From an uncultured Candidatus Saccharibacteria bacterium (GTDB lineage: Bacteria > Patescibacteriota > Minisyncoccia > Phycocordibacterales > UBA9973), in NCBI GenBank assembly GCA_964625065.1, contig CAZUZL010000005.1, forward strand, positions 2,072 to 66,071: 64,000 nucleotides of DNA, in the 5' to 3' direction. A program made the translations under genes and the position numbers. The notes below the pieces were generated by a model. It was not told the DNA's origin and did not search any database. It worked only from the letters and a program-made list of their open reading frames with translations. Shown in pieces: positions 1 to 9,472 of this stretch; position 1 is the first letter of the stretch; the number at the start of each line of letters is the position of its first letter.

Positions 1-333
1 GAAGAATGGGGTTTTGTAGGGGCAGTATTGTTGCTGTTGCTTTACGGTATTATTTTCTGGCGTATATACGACACAGCCACAAAAGGTGAAACAAATTTCG
101 AAGTACTGTTTGGTGTCGGTGTGGCCATATATTTACTGGCACACATTATAATAAACATTGGTATGAACATTGGCATAATGCCCGTAACCGGTATACCACT
201 ACCACTAATGAGCTACGGTGGGTCGCATTTAGTTACAGAAATGTTAGCGTTAGGGTTACTGTCATCTACACGCCGTTATGCACGTGCAACCCAACGCAGT
301 AGCATGACCAGTATGTTAGTTGGTAGTATTTAA
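1..333 (+). CDS. SEDS-family cell-cycle protein FtsW/RodA, C-terminal part (5' end lies outside the window)
   Basis: The translation ends ...GIPLPLMSYGGSHLVTEMLALGLL, which is the conserved C-terminal SEDS motif. The ORF is open from base 1 and stops with TAA at 331-333. Confidence 0.75.
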   Translation, partial: EEWGFVGAVLLLLLYGIIFWRIYDTATKGETNFEVLFGVGVAIYLLAHIIINIGMNIGIMPVTGIPLPLMSYGGSHLVTEMLALGLLSSTRRYARATQRSSMTSMLVGSI

Positions 334-343
334 TATATATAAA

Positions 344-961
344 ATGGACAACACACTTGATCTAAAAATTTTCAATACATTACATAGCTTGGCTTTTCAT
401 TATGCTTGGTTCGACAAACTTGTTATTTTTCTTTCAAATAATTTTGGTTATTTATTAATTTTAGTTTGTTTTGTGTATTTGCTTTTCAGACACATAGACC
501 CGTCTGACAAACACACCATCATTAATTGGCAGACACCACACCCCATACTACGTCGCCGTATTAAGGAAATTATATTTATTTTCGGTGGGGCAGGGTTTTC
601 TTGGCTGTTAGTTACTGGACTGAAGGACCTTTTTGTAAACCCACGGCCATTTATACTATACCCAAGTATTGAAACTTTGTTTCGTTTTGGTTCGTTCGAA
701 TCTTTTCCATCAGGTCACTCTGCATTTTATGCTGCATTAGCTGTATCTATATTTGCATACCACCGTCGGGCAGGTATATGGTTTGCGGTAGGGGCAGTTG
801 TTATAGGTGTGTCACGTGTTATAGCTGGGGTGCATTTTCCACTAGATGTATTGTTTGGTTTTATATTTGGGGCGTCAGTAGCCACACTGGTCTATGCCAC
901 ATTCCGGGCACTAGCTAAACGCTATAAAAAACAAGTAGATTTTGTATTTGAAAAGCTATAA
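344..961 (+). CDS. PAP2-family phosphatase (undecaprenyl-diphosphatase/PgpB-like membrane phosphatase)
   Basis: PAP2 motifs PSGHS and SRVIAGVHFPLDV are present and the protein has several transmembrane segments. The ATG at 344 (MDNTLDL) is preferred over the upstream TTG at 320, which would overlap the previous gene. Confidence 0.7.
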   Translation: MDNTLDLKIFNTLHSLAFHYAWFDKLVIFLSNNFGYLLILVCFVYLLFRHIDPSDKHTIINWQTPHPILRRRIKEIIFIFGGAGFSWLLVTGLKDLFVNPRPFILYPSIETLFRFGSFESFPSGHSAFYAALAVSIFAYHRRAGIWFAVGAVVIGVSRVIAGVHFPLDVLFGFIFGASVATLVYATFRALAKRYKKQVDFVFEKL

Positions 962-990
962 ACCCTTGTTCTACAAGGTTTTAATATCTA

Positions 991-1019
991 TTGACTTTAT
1001 ATACAAATAGGTGTATAAT
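991..1019 (+). promoter_or_regulatory. Consensus sigma-70-type promoter (TTGACT-N17-TATAAT) upstream of ORF 1064
   Basis: TTGACT at 991-996, a 17-nt spacer, then TATAAT at 1014-1019. Confidence 0.55.
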
Positions 1020-1063
1020 ACAGATATAATTTTAAGTTTTTTAACCTTTAATAATCTGTAAGC

Positions 1064-1750
1064 ATGACACAAAATGTAGGCAGTATGACTCGTGGCCAAG
1101 GCAACGAAATACTAAACCAAATCGAAAACGCCTGTAAAGAAATGGGTGTAAATCCTGAAGAAATAACAAGTGAATTTATTCGCGAAAAATATTTCTTTCA
1201 GAAAAGTATTGATTATATTTCTGCAAAGAAGGCAGAAAAAACAAAATCTTTTGTTGAAATCAAAACTTTAACTTCTGACGGCCGTACCGGCGAGCAATTC
1301 TTGTCTGATTTAGAAAAGGCAGGATTGTCGTTTAGTGGCTTCACCAAAACCATGATGAAAGGTAAAGAATTCAACGCGACAGTTACTACTGGTACGAAGT
1401 ACCGCATTGCTGTCATAAAAGGCGAGGAATTTACTGATGAAGATCGCAACATTGCAAACATCCGCAATGAAATTGCAAAGTTGGGTGGAATTATGCCACC
1501 GGCAGAACTATCTCCCTTGCTGCGTTTGAATTTTTCAGATGAAGAAATCAAAGCACTGGGTTTGTCGTGGATAATACCAGTACACGAACCTATCGATGAT
1601 TCCAGTGGCCGCCCGGAATTGCTCGGCCTCCGCGCCAGCAAACTCGACAACCAGTTGAATGCCTACTATAGCCACGGGGCGTATGGGTGGGATATCAAGA
1701 GTGGTTTTGCCTTCCTGCTTCCGCTCGGTACTGATGTTTTAGAATCTTAA
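1064..1750 (+). CDS. Hypothetical protein (228 aa, no recognisable family)
   Basis: Long ORF with a consensus promoter upstream and a hairpin plus T-run terminator at 1785-1820. No motif recognised. Confidence 0.5.
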   Translation: MTQNVGSMTRGQGNEILNQIENACKEMGVNPEEITSEFIREKYFFQKSIDYISAKKAEKTKSFVEIKTLTSDGRTGEQFLSDLEKAGLSFSGFTKTMMKGKEFNATVTTGTKYRIAVIKGEEFTDEDRNIANIRNEIAKLGGIMPPAELSPLLRLNFSDEEIKALGLSWIIPVHEPIDDSSGRPELLGLRASKLDNQLNAYYSHGAYGWDIKSGFAFLLPLGTDVLES

Positions 1751-1784
1751 TGTTTTCTGGACTAAGTTCTTTGCTCTTCCGTAT

Positions 1785-1820
1785 AATCTTCCCTTAACAA
1801 AGGGGAGATTTTTTTATTTT
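1785..1820 (+). terminator. Rho-independent terminator
   Basis: Hairpin atcttccctt-aaca-aaggggagat followed by ttttttatttt. Confidence 0.5.
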
Positions 1821-1885
1821 CCGCCATAAGTCGGGCATATGGCAAGTGTTGCAATTTTGTCAAAAGTCTATAAAATAAAGGAATT

Positions 1886-3298
1886 ATGTGGAAAACAAGA
1901 ATTACAGCGCTGATCGTCCTTATTCTGGCAGCAGGATTGGGGTATTTTGTATATACATCAGAAATGAAGGCTTCAATAGCAAATGAAGCCCCAACAGCTG
2001 ATGCCGTACAACCAAAGAAAACATTCATGAACAGTCATGGTTTTAAATTAGGTCTTGACCTTAAAGGTGGTTCACACTTGGTTTACCAGGCTGACGTAAC
2101 TACCGTTAAGGGCGACGTAGGCGAAGCCATGGCGTCACTACGTGACGTTATCGAACGCCGTGTTAACGCACTTGGCCTATCAGAACCTATGGTTACTGTA
2201 GAAAACGCAGGTTTTACTAATGGTGGCGAACATCGTTTAATAGTAGACCTACCAGGTGTAACAGATATTAACCAAGCTATAAAACAAATTGGCGAAACAC
2301 CTGTACTTGAATTTAAAACTAAAAACCCAAACCCAGCCCCACAACAAATTACTGTTGGTAAAGACGGTACTGCAAACATTGTTGTAGACCCAAACAACGA
2401 ATGGGTGCCAACTGGTCTAACGGGCGCATACCTTGACCACACAGCAGTTGAATTTGATCAAACAACAAACGAACCAAAAGTTTCGTTGGTGTTTAACAAA
2501 GAAGGTGCAGCATTGTTCGAAAAAATAACTTCTGAAAATATTGGTAAACAAGTTGCTATATTCCTAGATGGGGGCATACTTTCAGCACCAAATGTAAACG
2601 AAAAAATTACAGGTGGTTCAGCTGTTATTTCAGGTAACTTTACACCAAAGGCAGCGAAGGATTTGTCTGACCGCTTGAACTTTGGTGCATTACCTGTTTC
2701 AGTAAACCTTGTTTCTACACAAACTATCGGGGCTTCACTTGGAACTAACGCAGTACATGCTGGTGTTAAGGCTGGTATTGTTGGTTTCCTACTAGTAGCA
2801 CTATTTCTAATACTTTGGTACAGACTACCGGGTATTATTGCAGTGCTTTCACTTTCTGTTTACGTTCTGATTGTTCTAACAATATTTAAAATGATACCAG
2901 TTACATTAACTGCAGCAGGTATTGCTGGGTTTATTATATCTATCGGTACTGCCGTGGATGCAAACATACTTATATTCGAACGCATGAAAGAAGAATTGCG
3001 TCGTGGCAAAGACCTATCAGGTGCTATACGTGCAGGTTACGACCGTGCATGGACATCTATCCGTGATGCAAACATTTCTTCTATTATTACAGGTGTAATA
3101 TTGTACAGTTTTGGTACAGTGTTAATCAAAGGTTTTGCACTAACACTTATTATTGGTATGTTGGTTGCACTATTTTCAGCTATTACTGTTAGTCGGGTGT
3201 TTATATACGCACTATCTATAAAACGCCAAAACAAATTTGTTTCATTCTTGTTCGGTTCAGGTTTCCGCGTTATCAAGTCGTCGAACAATGCCAACTAA
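1886..3298 (+). CDS. secD: Protein translocase subunit SecD
   Basis: N-terminal TM segment, GLDLKGGSHLVYQAD, and a C-terminal 6-TM RND-like domain; typical SecD length and motifs. Confidence 0.9.
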   Translation: MWKTRITALIVLILAAGLGYFVYTSEMKASIANEAPTADAVQPKKTFMNSHGFKLGLDLKGGSHLVYQADVTTVKGDVGEAMASLRDVIERRVNALGLSEPMVTVENAGFTNGGEHRLIVDLPGVTDINQAIKQIGETPVLEFKTKNPNPAPQQITVGKDGTANIVVDPNNEWVPTGLTGAYLDHTAVEFDQTTNEPKVSLVFNKEGAALFEKITSENIGKQVAIFLDGGILSAPNVNEKITGGSAVISGNFTPKAAKDLSDRLNFGALPVSVNLVSTQTIGASLGTNAVHAGVKAGIVGFLLVALFLILWYRLPGIIAVLSLSVYVLIVLTIFKMIPVTLTAAGIAGFIISIGTAVDANILIFERMKEELRRGKDLSGAIRAGYDRAWTSIRDANISSIITGVILYSFGTVLIKGFALTLIIGMLVALFSAITVSRVFIYALSIKRQNKFVSFLFGSGFRVIKSSNNAN

Positions 3299-3337
3299 CC
3301 CTGTACGCTAATCACTTACCACTAATCACTAAAAAAT

Positions 3338-4234
3338 ATGTTTATCATTAAATACAAAAAATTCTTCATTTCACTTTCAGTACTACTTGTTGCTGGTTCT
3401 ATAGTTGCAATTAGTGCATTTGGTTTGCCACTAGGTATAGACTTCAAAGGTGGTGCATTAACTGAAGTTGCGTACACTACAGAACACCCAACCGTCGAAG
3501 TTCTATCTGCTGAAATAAAAACCTTAAACTTTGGCGAAGCAACATTGCAACCAACAGGCGACACTGGTTACTTTATTAAAACTCGTGCATTGTCAGAAAC
3601 AGAACGCGAACAGCTTTTAGCTACTATTAGTTCTGGTACAACAGGTACAGCGAGTTTGAAAAGTTACACATCTATTGGTCCGTCAGTAGGGCACGAACTT
3701 ACTCGTAAAATGATATTAGCAATTATATTTGTTGCACTGGCTATTATATTATTTATTGCATATGCATTCCGTAATGTTACACGTCCAGTATCTAGTTGGA
3801 AATATGGTTTTATTGCCATCGTTACACTTATACACGACATTATGATTCCGATCGGCGTGTTTGCTATCTTGGCCCGCAGTTATGGTGCCGAAGTAGACAC
3901 ACTGTTTGTGGTGGCTATATTAACTGTACTTGGTTTGTCTATATCAGACACTATTGTTGTGTTCGACCGTATCCGTGAAAACATTCGTGTTACTAAATAC
4001 GCAACATTTTCTGAAACAGTTGGCCATTCATTAAAGGAAGTTATAACACGTTCTATCAACACTTCTGCAACTGTTATTATGGTGTTGCTTGCGTTATTCT
4101 TCTTCGGTCCATCTACAACCCGCGTGTTTGCTCTTATGATGACAGCCGGTATGTTTTTCGGAGCATATTCATCTATATTCCTAGCGTCACCACTATTGGT
4201 CTATGTAGAACAATGGCAAAAAGGCAAGAAATAA
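3338..4234 (+). CDS. secF: Protein translocase subunit SecF
   Basis: GIDFKGGALTEV and the 6-TM SecF architecture. It follows secD immediately as a separate gene, not a fusion. Confidence 0.9.
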   Translation: MFIIKYKKFFISLSVLLVAGSIVAISAFGLPLGIDFKGGALTEVAYTTEHPTVEVLSAEIKTLNFGEATLQPTGDTGYFIKTRALSETEREQLLATISSGTTGTASLKSYTSIGPSVGHELTRKMILAIIFVALAIILFIAYAFRNVTRPVSSWKYGFIAIVTLIHDIMIPIGVFAILARSYGAEVDTLFVVAILTVLGLSISDTIVVFDRIRENIRVTKYATFSETVGHSLKEVITRSINTSATVIMVLLALFFFGPSTTRVFALMMTAGMFFGAYSSIFLASPLLVYVEQWQKGKK

Positions 4235-4248
4235 AATTCGTATAAAAG

Positions 4249-4282
4249 TAACCCCGTCGCTCGCGAACGACGGGGTTTTACT
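4249..4282 (+). terminator. Rho-independent terminator after secF
   Basis: ccccgtcgctcgcgaacgacgggg hairpin followed by ttttactt. Confidence 0.6.
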
Positions 4283-4334
4283 TTGGGGGGTGGGGGCGGT
4301 ATAATAGGGGGTATACAAATTAACACATAAAAAC

Positions 4335-4889
4335 ATGATACTTTACATTATTTTAGGCATTATTGCAGTTATTATTATCTGGTTCGTTGTTTCTTACAAC
4401 GGTTTTGTTGCGTTTGTTAACCGTGCAAAGGAAGCCTGGGCAGACATAGACGTACAACTAAAACGCCGTTACGACCTTATACCAAACCTAGTAAACACAG
4501 TTAAGGGTTATGCTACACATGAATCTAGCGCATTTGAAAACGTAACTAAGGCCCGTGCAGCAGCTATGGGTGCAGGTACACCAGCTGAAAAAGGCGCAGC
4601 AGAAAACATGTTGTCTGGTACATTAAAATCTTTGTTTGCTATAACAGAAGCTTACCCTGAACTTAAAGCTAACGAAAACTTTATGTCTTTACAACGCGAA
4701 CTGTCAGACACAGAAGACAAAATACAAGCATCTCGCCGGTTCTACAACGGTAACGTTCGCGACCTAAACACAAAAATAGAAATGTTCCCGGGTAACATTA
4801 TCGCTGGTATGTTCGGTTTCGCTAAAATGGAATTATTCCAATTAGAAGCTGGTAGTGAAGAAAGAAATGCAGTAGAAGTAAAATTCTAG
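4335..4889 (+). CDS. lemA: LemA family protein
   Basis: N-terminal TM segment followed by the conserved LemA region NGFVAFVNRAKEAWADIDVQLKRRYDLIPNLV. Confidence 0.85.
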   Translation: MILYIILGIIAVIIIWFVVSYNGFVAFVNRAKEAWADIDVQLKRRYDLIPNLVNTVKGYATHESSAFENVTKARAAAMGAGTPAEKGAAENMLSGTLKSLFAITEAYPELKANENFMSLQRELSDTEDKIQASRRFYNGNVRDLNTKIEMFPGNIIAGMFGFAKMELFQLEAGSEERNAVEVKF

Positions 4890-4939
4890 TAAAAAAAGTA
4901 CAAAACGAACAGTATAATTAAATAATAAAAAATTAAAAT

Positions 4940-5437
4940 ATGAACACTCAAATAAAACAACGACTACTGATAATACTAATACTTACCGTTTTGGTAATGG
5001 TTGGTTTATATGTATGGAAGAATTCTAATAAAACAGTTAAAAGCCCAAGCTTTATCGAAGAACCAGTTTCTACTGTTGTTGGCCCAGCTGTGTTAACTGG
5101 TGCTGGTACAGATACTGCGAAAGATTTATCGGCTTTTTCTATTATGCCTGGCACTAAGGTACACGGCATACTTTCGTACAGGGGTACTATATCAGGCGGG
5201 TATTTCTTTGAAGGTAATATTTTAATCAATATACTAGACGCAAATAAAAAAGTTTTAAAGAATTCTAACGCAGTAGCAAAAACAGAATGGATGACTTCCG
5301 GCCCAGTAGACTTTGAAGGTAACATAGACTTTACCAATATAGCCAAAGGCCCGGCATATCTAGAAATACATAACGACAATGCATCTGGTTTACCAGAAAA
5401 AGATAAAAGTGTGTTAATACCAATAACAATATATTAG
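4940..5437 (+). CDS. Hypothetical membrane-anchored/secreted protein, possibly with a Gmad2 Ig-like domain
   Basis: N-terminal TM anchor or signal peptide. The C-terminal beta-rich segment (GTISGGYFFEGNILINILDANKKVL...EGNIDF) resembles Gmad2-type Ig-like folds; this is a weak call. Confidence 0.45.
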   Translation: MNTQIKQRLLIILILTVLVMVGLYVWKNSNKTVKSPSFIEEPVSTVVGPAVLTGAGTDTAKDLSAFSIMPGTKVHGILSYRGTISGGYFFEGNILINILDANKKVLKNSNAVAKTEWMTSGPVDFEGNIDFTNIAKGPAYLEIHNDNASGLPEKDKSVLIPITIY

Positions 5438-5477
5438 TTTACAGTGTACAGTTAACAGTTTACAGAGTAGTAATACA

Positions 5478-5843
5478 ATGGAAAACACGAAGAAAATTAA
5501 CTCATTCAAAGATTTGATAGTTTGGCAAAAAGGTATGTTGATTCTAAAATTGACTTATACTATTACAAGCAAACTTCCACAAAGTGAAATGTTCGGCCTG
5601 GCTTCTCAGTTGCGTCGTTGTGCCTTATCAATTCCTTCAAATATATCAGAAGGACAAGGTAGGGGAACTAGAAAAGATTTCGCTAATTTTCTACATATAG
5701 CACTAGGTTCATTATCTGAATTAGAAACACAAATATTGTTTTTAGAATCAGAATATAAAAATATTTCGATTGGAAATATACTTACTGAAATAGAGGAAGA
5801 AAGAAAAATGTTATCTAGTATGATTAAAAAATTAAAACAGTAA
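5478..5843 (+). CDS. Four-helix-bundle protein (TIGR02436 / 23S rRNA intervening-sequence protein family)
   Basis: FKDLIVWQKGM...LASQLRRCALSIPSNISEGQGR...FLHIALGSLSELETQ matches the family signature. Confidence 0.8.
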   Translation: MENTKKINSFKDLIVWQKGMLILKLTYTITSKLPQSEMFGLASQLRRCALSIPSNISEGQGRGTRKDFANFLHIALGSLSELETQILFLESEYKNISIGNILTEIEEERKMLSSMIKKLKQ

Positions 5844-5895
5844 GTTTTATTTTTGTACACTGTTCACTGTCAACTATAAACTGTAAACTGGCTCT

Positions 5896-6804
5896 ATGGC
5901 AACTTTATACACACATCAAGACAGTAATACTCGCAAAACATGGCTACTTATGTCCGTGTTTTTGATCGTGGTTATTGCTATTGGTTTTGCATTTGCCCAG
6001 GTGTATAACAACCCAAACATACTATATGTATTTGTGGCTTTTAGTATATTAATGAACATTACTGGTTACTGGTTTTCAGACAAAATTGCACTTTCTATTG
6101 CTGGGGCAAAACCTGCAACCAGGGAAGAATATTTTGACTTGTATAACGTAGTTCAAAACCTTTCCATTACCGCTGGTCTACCTATGCCTAAGTTATATGT
6201 AATACCCGACAATGCACCAAACGCCTTTGCTACAGGGCGCGACAAGGACCACGCTGTGGTGGCGGTAACAACAGGTTTGCTGGCTATAATGAACAAAGTT
6301 GAACTAGAAGGTGTTATAGCCCACGAACTCTCACACATAGGTAACCGCGACATGTTGGTGTCTACAGTTGCAGTGGTATTAGTTGGCTTTATTTCTATTG
6401 TTTCTGATATGTTTATACGTACCACTATGTGGGGTGGTCGTAGTAACGACGACAGGGAAGGTAGTCCGCTAATAATGGTAGTTGGTATAGTTTTGTCTAT
6501 ACTTGCACCTATTGCTGCAACACTGTTGCAGTTTGCTATATCACGCAAACGTGAATTTTTAGCCGACGCGTCTGGTGCGTTGCTGACACGCTACCCACAG
6601 GGTTTGGCAAGTGCATTAGCTAAACTACGCGACTATAGTGTGCCTATGCAAAAACAGTCTACAGCTATAGCGCATTTGTACATTTCAAACCCATTCGGTG
6701 AAGGTAGTAGTTTCGGTAAATCCGCCAGCTGGCGGATAGGTAATTTATTTTCTACACACCCGCCACTAGAAGATAGGATAAAGGTATTAATGGAAAACAG
6801 ATAA
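5896..6804 (+). CDS. htpX: Zinc metalloprotease HtpX (M48 family)
   Basis: HELSHIGNRD HExxH motif, 4 TM segments, typical HtpX length. Confidence 0.9.
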   Translation: MATLYTHQDSNTRKTWLLMSVFLIVVIAIGFAFAQVYNNPNILYVFVAFSILMNITGYWFSDKIALSIAGAKPATREEYFDLYNVVQNLSITAGLPMPKLYVIPDNAPNAFATGRDKDHAVVAVTTGLLAIMNKVELEGVIAHELSHIGNRDMLVSTVAVVLVGFISIVSDMFIRTTMWGGRSNDDREGSPLIMVVGIVLSILAPIAATLLQFAISRKREFLADASGALLTRYPQGLASALAKLRDYSVPMQKQSTAIAHLYISNPFGEGSSFGKSASWRIGNLFSTHPPLEDRIKVLMENR

Positions 6805-6964
6805 TACATTTGGAATTTCTTTAATTAATTGGTAATATAGTGGCGAACTTGTTCATTTAATTTTTCAGCAGTTACTATTATTAAAGGTGCTGCGAAGGCC
6901 CACATGCATTTTGTATGTCCGCCTGGGTGTATTGTTCTCGCTAGGCGGGAAGGGTGCCCCCGAA

Positions 6965-7050
6965 GGAGACGTCGCATAGCGGTCTAGTGCACTACCTTGG
7001 AAAGGTGGCAGGGTGTTAAAGCCCTCGGAAGTTCAAATCTTCTCGTCTCC
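6965..7050 (+). tRNA. tRNA-Ser (anticodon GGA), class II with long variable arm
   Basis: Hand fold: acceptor GGAGACG/CGTCTCC, D-arm containing GG, anticodon stem CTACC/GGTGG with loop TTGGAAA, long variable arm with a GGG/CCC stem, T-arm GGAAG-TTCAAAT-CTTCT. CCA is not encoded. Confidence 0.8.
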
Positions 7051-7053
7051 TCA
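7035..7053 (+). repeat. 19-bp direct repeat, copy 1 (3' end of tRNA-Ser); copy 2 at 7228-7246
   Basis: aaatcttctcgtctcctca occurs at 7035-7053 and again at 7228-7246. Confidence 0.7.
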
Positions 7054-7227
7054 CACTAAAGTTAAACCTGACTTCGGTCAGGTATTTTAGTGTGAGGAGA
7101 CACAGCAAGTAAACTGCTTTACTTGCGTGAGAGATTTGAACGCCGGAAGATAAAATTTTTAGCAGAAAATTTTCTGAGGCGGTGCCCAGCCCGAGCCGAG
7201 TGGTCCGACGAGGCGAGAGGCGAGGGA

Positions 7228-7246
7228 AAATCTTCTCGTCTCCTCA
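7228..7246 (+). repeat. 19-bp direct repeat, copy 2 (duplicate of the tRNA-Ser 3' end)
   Basis: Exact match to 7035-7053, separated by a roughly 175-bp hairpin-rich segment. Confidence 0.7.
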
Positions 7247-7268
7247 ATATTTATAGTATAATTAAAAC

Positions 7269-7664
7269 ATGGAAGAATTAAAAAATTTAGCCGACAGATC
7301 AATAGAAAGCTTAAAAACTATGCAACACCCCATTGTGCGTGTTTGTGGTCCATTAACTACTGGCCCACATAGTTACGACGAAAATATTAAAAGGTTTGCA
7401 AAAGCCGAAGCTGTTCTGACTGAAAAAGGTTACAATGTTTTTTATCTAGATGACACAGAAAACGAAATACAGGGCAAAAATTATTCTTGGCCCGATATAC
7501 AACAATATTTCCATGAACCAATATTGCGCTCAGGTCTAATAGATATGGCTTTCTTTTTACCAGACTGGCAGGCATCTACAGGGGCAACTTGGGAACATAA
7601 CATAATAGAAAAAGAAACAAATATAAAAATAGAATATATAGAAGAAAGTTGGTTAAACGACTAA
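7269..7664 (+). CDS. DUF4406-like protein (nucleoside 2-deoxyribosyltransferase-like fold), tentative
   Basis: IVRVCGPLTTGPH...FAKAEAVLTEKGYNVF...IDMAFFLPDWQASTGATWEH resembles the DUF4406 pattern; the assignment is uncertain. Confidence 0.45.
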   Translation: MEELKNLADRSIESLKTMQHPIVRVCGPLTTGPHSYDENIKRFAKAEAVLTEKGYNVFYLDDTENEIQGKNYSWPDIQQYFHEPILRSGLIDMAFFLPDWQASTGATWEHNIIEKETNIKIEYIEESWLND

Positions 7665-7786
7665 AAACGACGTGTATTGCAATACTCCATATGTGTGTTA
7701 CACTACAGATGTATTTTGGTATGTTTGCCTATGTGCGTAGCATTATCAAAATAGGTCAAATTTAGCACATAAGCAAAAACATATAT

Positions 7787-8143
7787 ATGGCAGTAAAACT
7801 GTATGTGAGTTCTCTACCGTACTCTGTACGCGACGAGGCTCTAAAAGACTTCTTTGCCCCAGCTGGCGAAGTAGTTAGTGCGCAAGTCGTCATGGAACGC
7901 GAAACTAACCGCTCTCGCGGGTTCGGTTTCGTAGAAATGGCTGACGAAGCCCAAGCCAACAAAGCTATCGAAATGCTCGATGGTAAAGAAATGGACGGCC
8001 GCACAATTCATATTGCTATTGCACGCCCTAAAGAAGAAGGCGCGCCTCGTCGTTCAAACGGTGGTGGTTACCAGGGTGGTAACGGTGGTAGTTATGGTGG
8101 CAATCGCGACGGAGGTTTCCGTGGCGGTCGTGGCCGAGAATAA
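7787..8143 (+). CDS. RRM-type RNA-binding protein with glycine-rich C-terminal tail
   Basis: RNP-2 motif LYVSSLP, RNP-1 motif RGFGFVEM, and a GGYQGGNGGSYGG tail. Confidence 0.85.
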   Translation: MAVKLYVSSLPYSVRDEALKDFFAPAGEVVSAQVVMERETNRSRGFGFVEMADEAQANKAIEMLDGKEMDGRTIHIAIARPKEEGAPRRSNGGGYQGGNGGSYGGNRDGGFRGGRGRE

Positions 8144-8163
8144 TAGAAATAATATTCTTATAC

Positions 8164-8194
8164 AAAAACTCCCTGAAAGGGGAGTTTTTGTATT
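8164..8194 (+). terminator. Rho-independent terminator
   Basis: aaaaactcccctgaaaggggagtttttg. Confidence 0.6.
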
Positions 8195-8196
8195 GC

Positions 8197-8282
8197 GGAA
8201 ACGATGAGATTTGAACTCATGATACAGTTGCCTGTATGTCGGTTTTCGAAACCGGTGCCTTCAACCTCTCAGCCACGTTTCC
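8197..8282 (-). tRNA. tRNA-Ser (anticodon CGA), class II
   Basis: Reverse complement reads GGAAACGTGGCTGAGAGGTTGAAGGCACCGGTTTCGAAAACCGACATACAGGCAACTGTATCATGAGTTCAAATCTCATCGTTTCC. The acceptor, D, anticodon (loop TTCGAAA), variable and T arms all fold, and the sequence is very similar to E. coli tRNA-Ser. Confidence 0.8.
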
Positions 8283-8295
8283 ATAAACACAACTC

Positions 8296-8345
8296 TACTA
8301 CCAATTAAGGAATTTGAAAAGCCGTTACTGTTTAGTAACGGCCTT
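8296..8345. terminator. Bidirectional hairpin terminator
   Basis: gccgttactgtttagtaacggc is flanked by an A-run upstream and a T-run downstream. Confidence 0.5.
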
Positions 8346-8365
8346 CGGTTTTTGGGGTGGGGTTT

Positions 8366-8746
8366 CTAAGCAACTAGTCGCATTTCTACGATTTGTTCAT
8401 AAAATATTTCATATTTTTCAGGTACTGTACTGTAATTTTTAAAGTCGGATAGTTTAATGCCAACTTCACAGGCCTTTTTAGTTAGTCTGTTGTATACAGC
8501 AATTGCTTTTTCGGCATAAACCTTTATTGCGGGTTTATTGCCTTCACTTTTTTTAACGAAAGATATAAGATGGTCTATTTCTAGGCGCATCCAGTCTTTC
8601 ATTTCTACAGGGCAAAATTTCTTCTCCGGTCGTTCGCCGGCTTCATGTGTTCTGGCACCTGTTTCGATGTCAGATTTAGAAATTAATACATTAGTTTTTG
8701 AAGCAGTTGCTTCAGCGGATCCGGAGTGTAATTTTTCTGGAATCAT
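8366..8746 (-). CDS. Hypothetical protein (126 aa)
   Basis: ORF only; no motif recognised. Confidence 0.35.
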   Translation of the reverse strand: MIPEKLHSGSAEATASKTNVLISKSDIETGARTHEAGERPEKKFCPVEMKDWMRLEIDHLISFVKKSEGNKPAIKVYAEKAIAVYNRLTKKACEVGIKLSDFKNYSTVPEKYEIFYEQIVEMRLVA

Positions 8747-8887
8747 GTGCTAAAAATTTTGTTTAGTTGTTTTTAAGTACGAAAACTATCTCCCAATAGT
8801 ACTACTTTATCGGTAAACGTCAATAGTCAACAAATAAGAAGGTGGATAACTTCTTTAAATTTCTACGGCAAGGTATAATATACCAAT

Positions 8888-9472
8888 ATGACAAACGAAC
8901 CCTTCCAAAAGGCCTATAAAGCCCTAAATACAGCCCAGAAACAGGCTGTAGACGCCATAGACGGCCCAGTTATGGTTGTAGCAGGTCCAGGCACTGGCAA
9001 AACCCAGGTGCTGACTTTACGCATTGCTAACATACTTGAAAACACCGACACCGAGGCAAACGGTGTGTTGTGTCTAACTTTTACACGCTCAGGTGTGTCG
9101 GCTATGCAAGACCGTTTAGAGTCGTGCATTGGCCAGTTGGCACGCAGTGTTACCATAACTACTTTTCATAGTTTTGCTATTTCATTGATAGAAAAAAACT
9201 ACAGTTTGTTAGACTTCCACACCATGCCAACACTATTAGAAGACTCGCAAGCAGTGTTACTAGTAGACGAACTACTAGAAAACAATATGTGGACATACCT
9301 ACGCCCACGCACAGACCCAACAAAATATTTTAATGATTTAAAAAGTTTAATATCTGTATTAAAACGTGAAGGTATACAACCACAAAGTTTTTTAAATATT
9401 ATTGAATCTGAAATTAAACAATTAGAAACAGACCCAGACAATGTGTCTACTCGTGGTGTTACAAAAGGGTAA
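8888..9472 (+). CDS. UvrD/PcrA-family helicase, N-terminal fragment (motifs I and Ia), ends at an in-frame TAA
   Basis: GPGTGKT Walker A and TFT motif Ia. A TAA at 9470-9472 is in the same frame as the downstream ORF. TATAAT at 8874-8879 sits 8 nt before the ATG, suggesting a leaderless transcript. Confidence 0.7.
   Translation: MTNEPFQKAYKALNTAQKQAVDAIDGPVMVVAGPGTGKTQVLTLRIANILENTDTEANGVLCLTFTRSGVSAMQDRLESCIGQLARSVTITTFHSFAISLIEKNYSLLDFHTMPTLLEDSQAVLLVDELLENNMWTYLRPRTDPTKYFNDLKSLISVLKREGIQPQSFLNIIESEIKQLETDPDNVSTRGVTKG

Noticed and set aside
1213-4062. Antisense or overlapping small ORFs inside secD/secF and ORF 1064 (1213..1650-, 2083..2442-, 3037..3294-, 3796..3978+, 3880..4062-)
   Set aside because: They overlap well-supported genes and have no independent signals.
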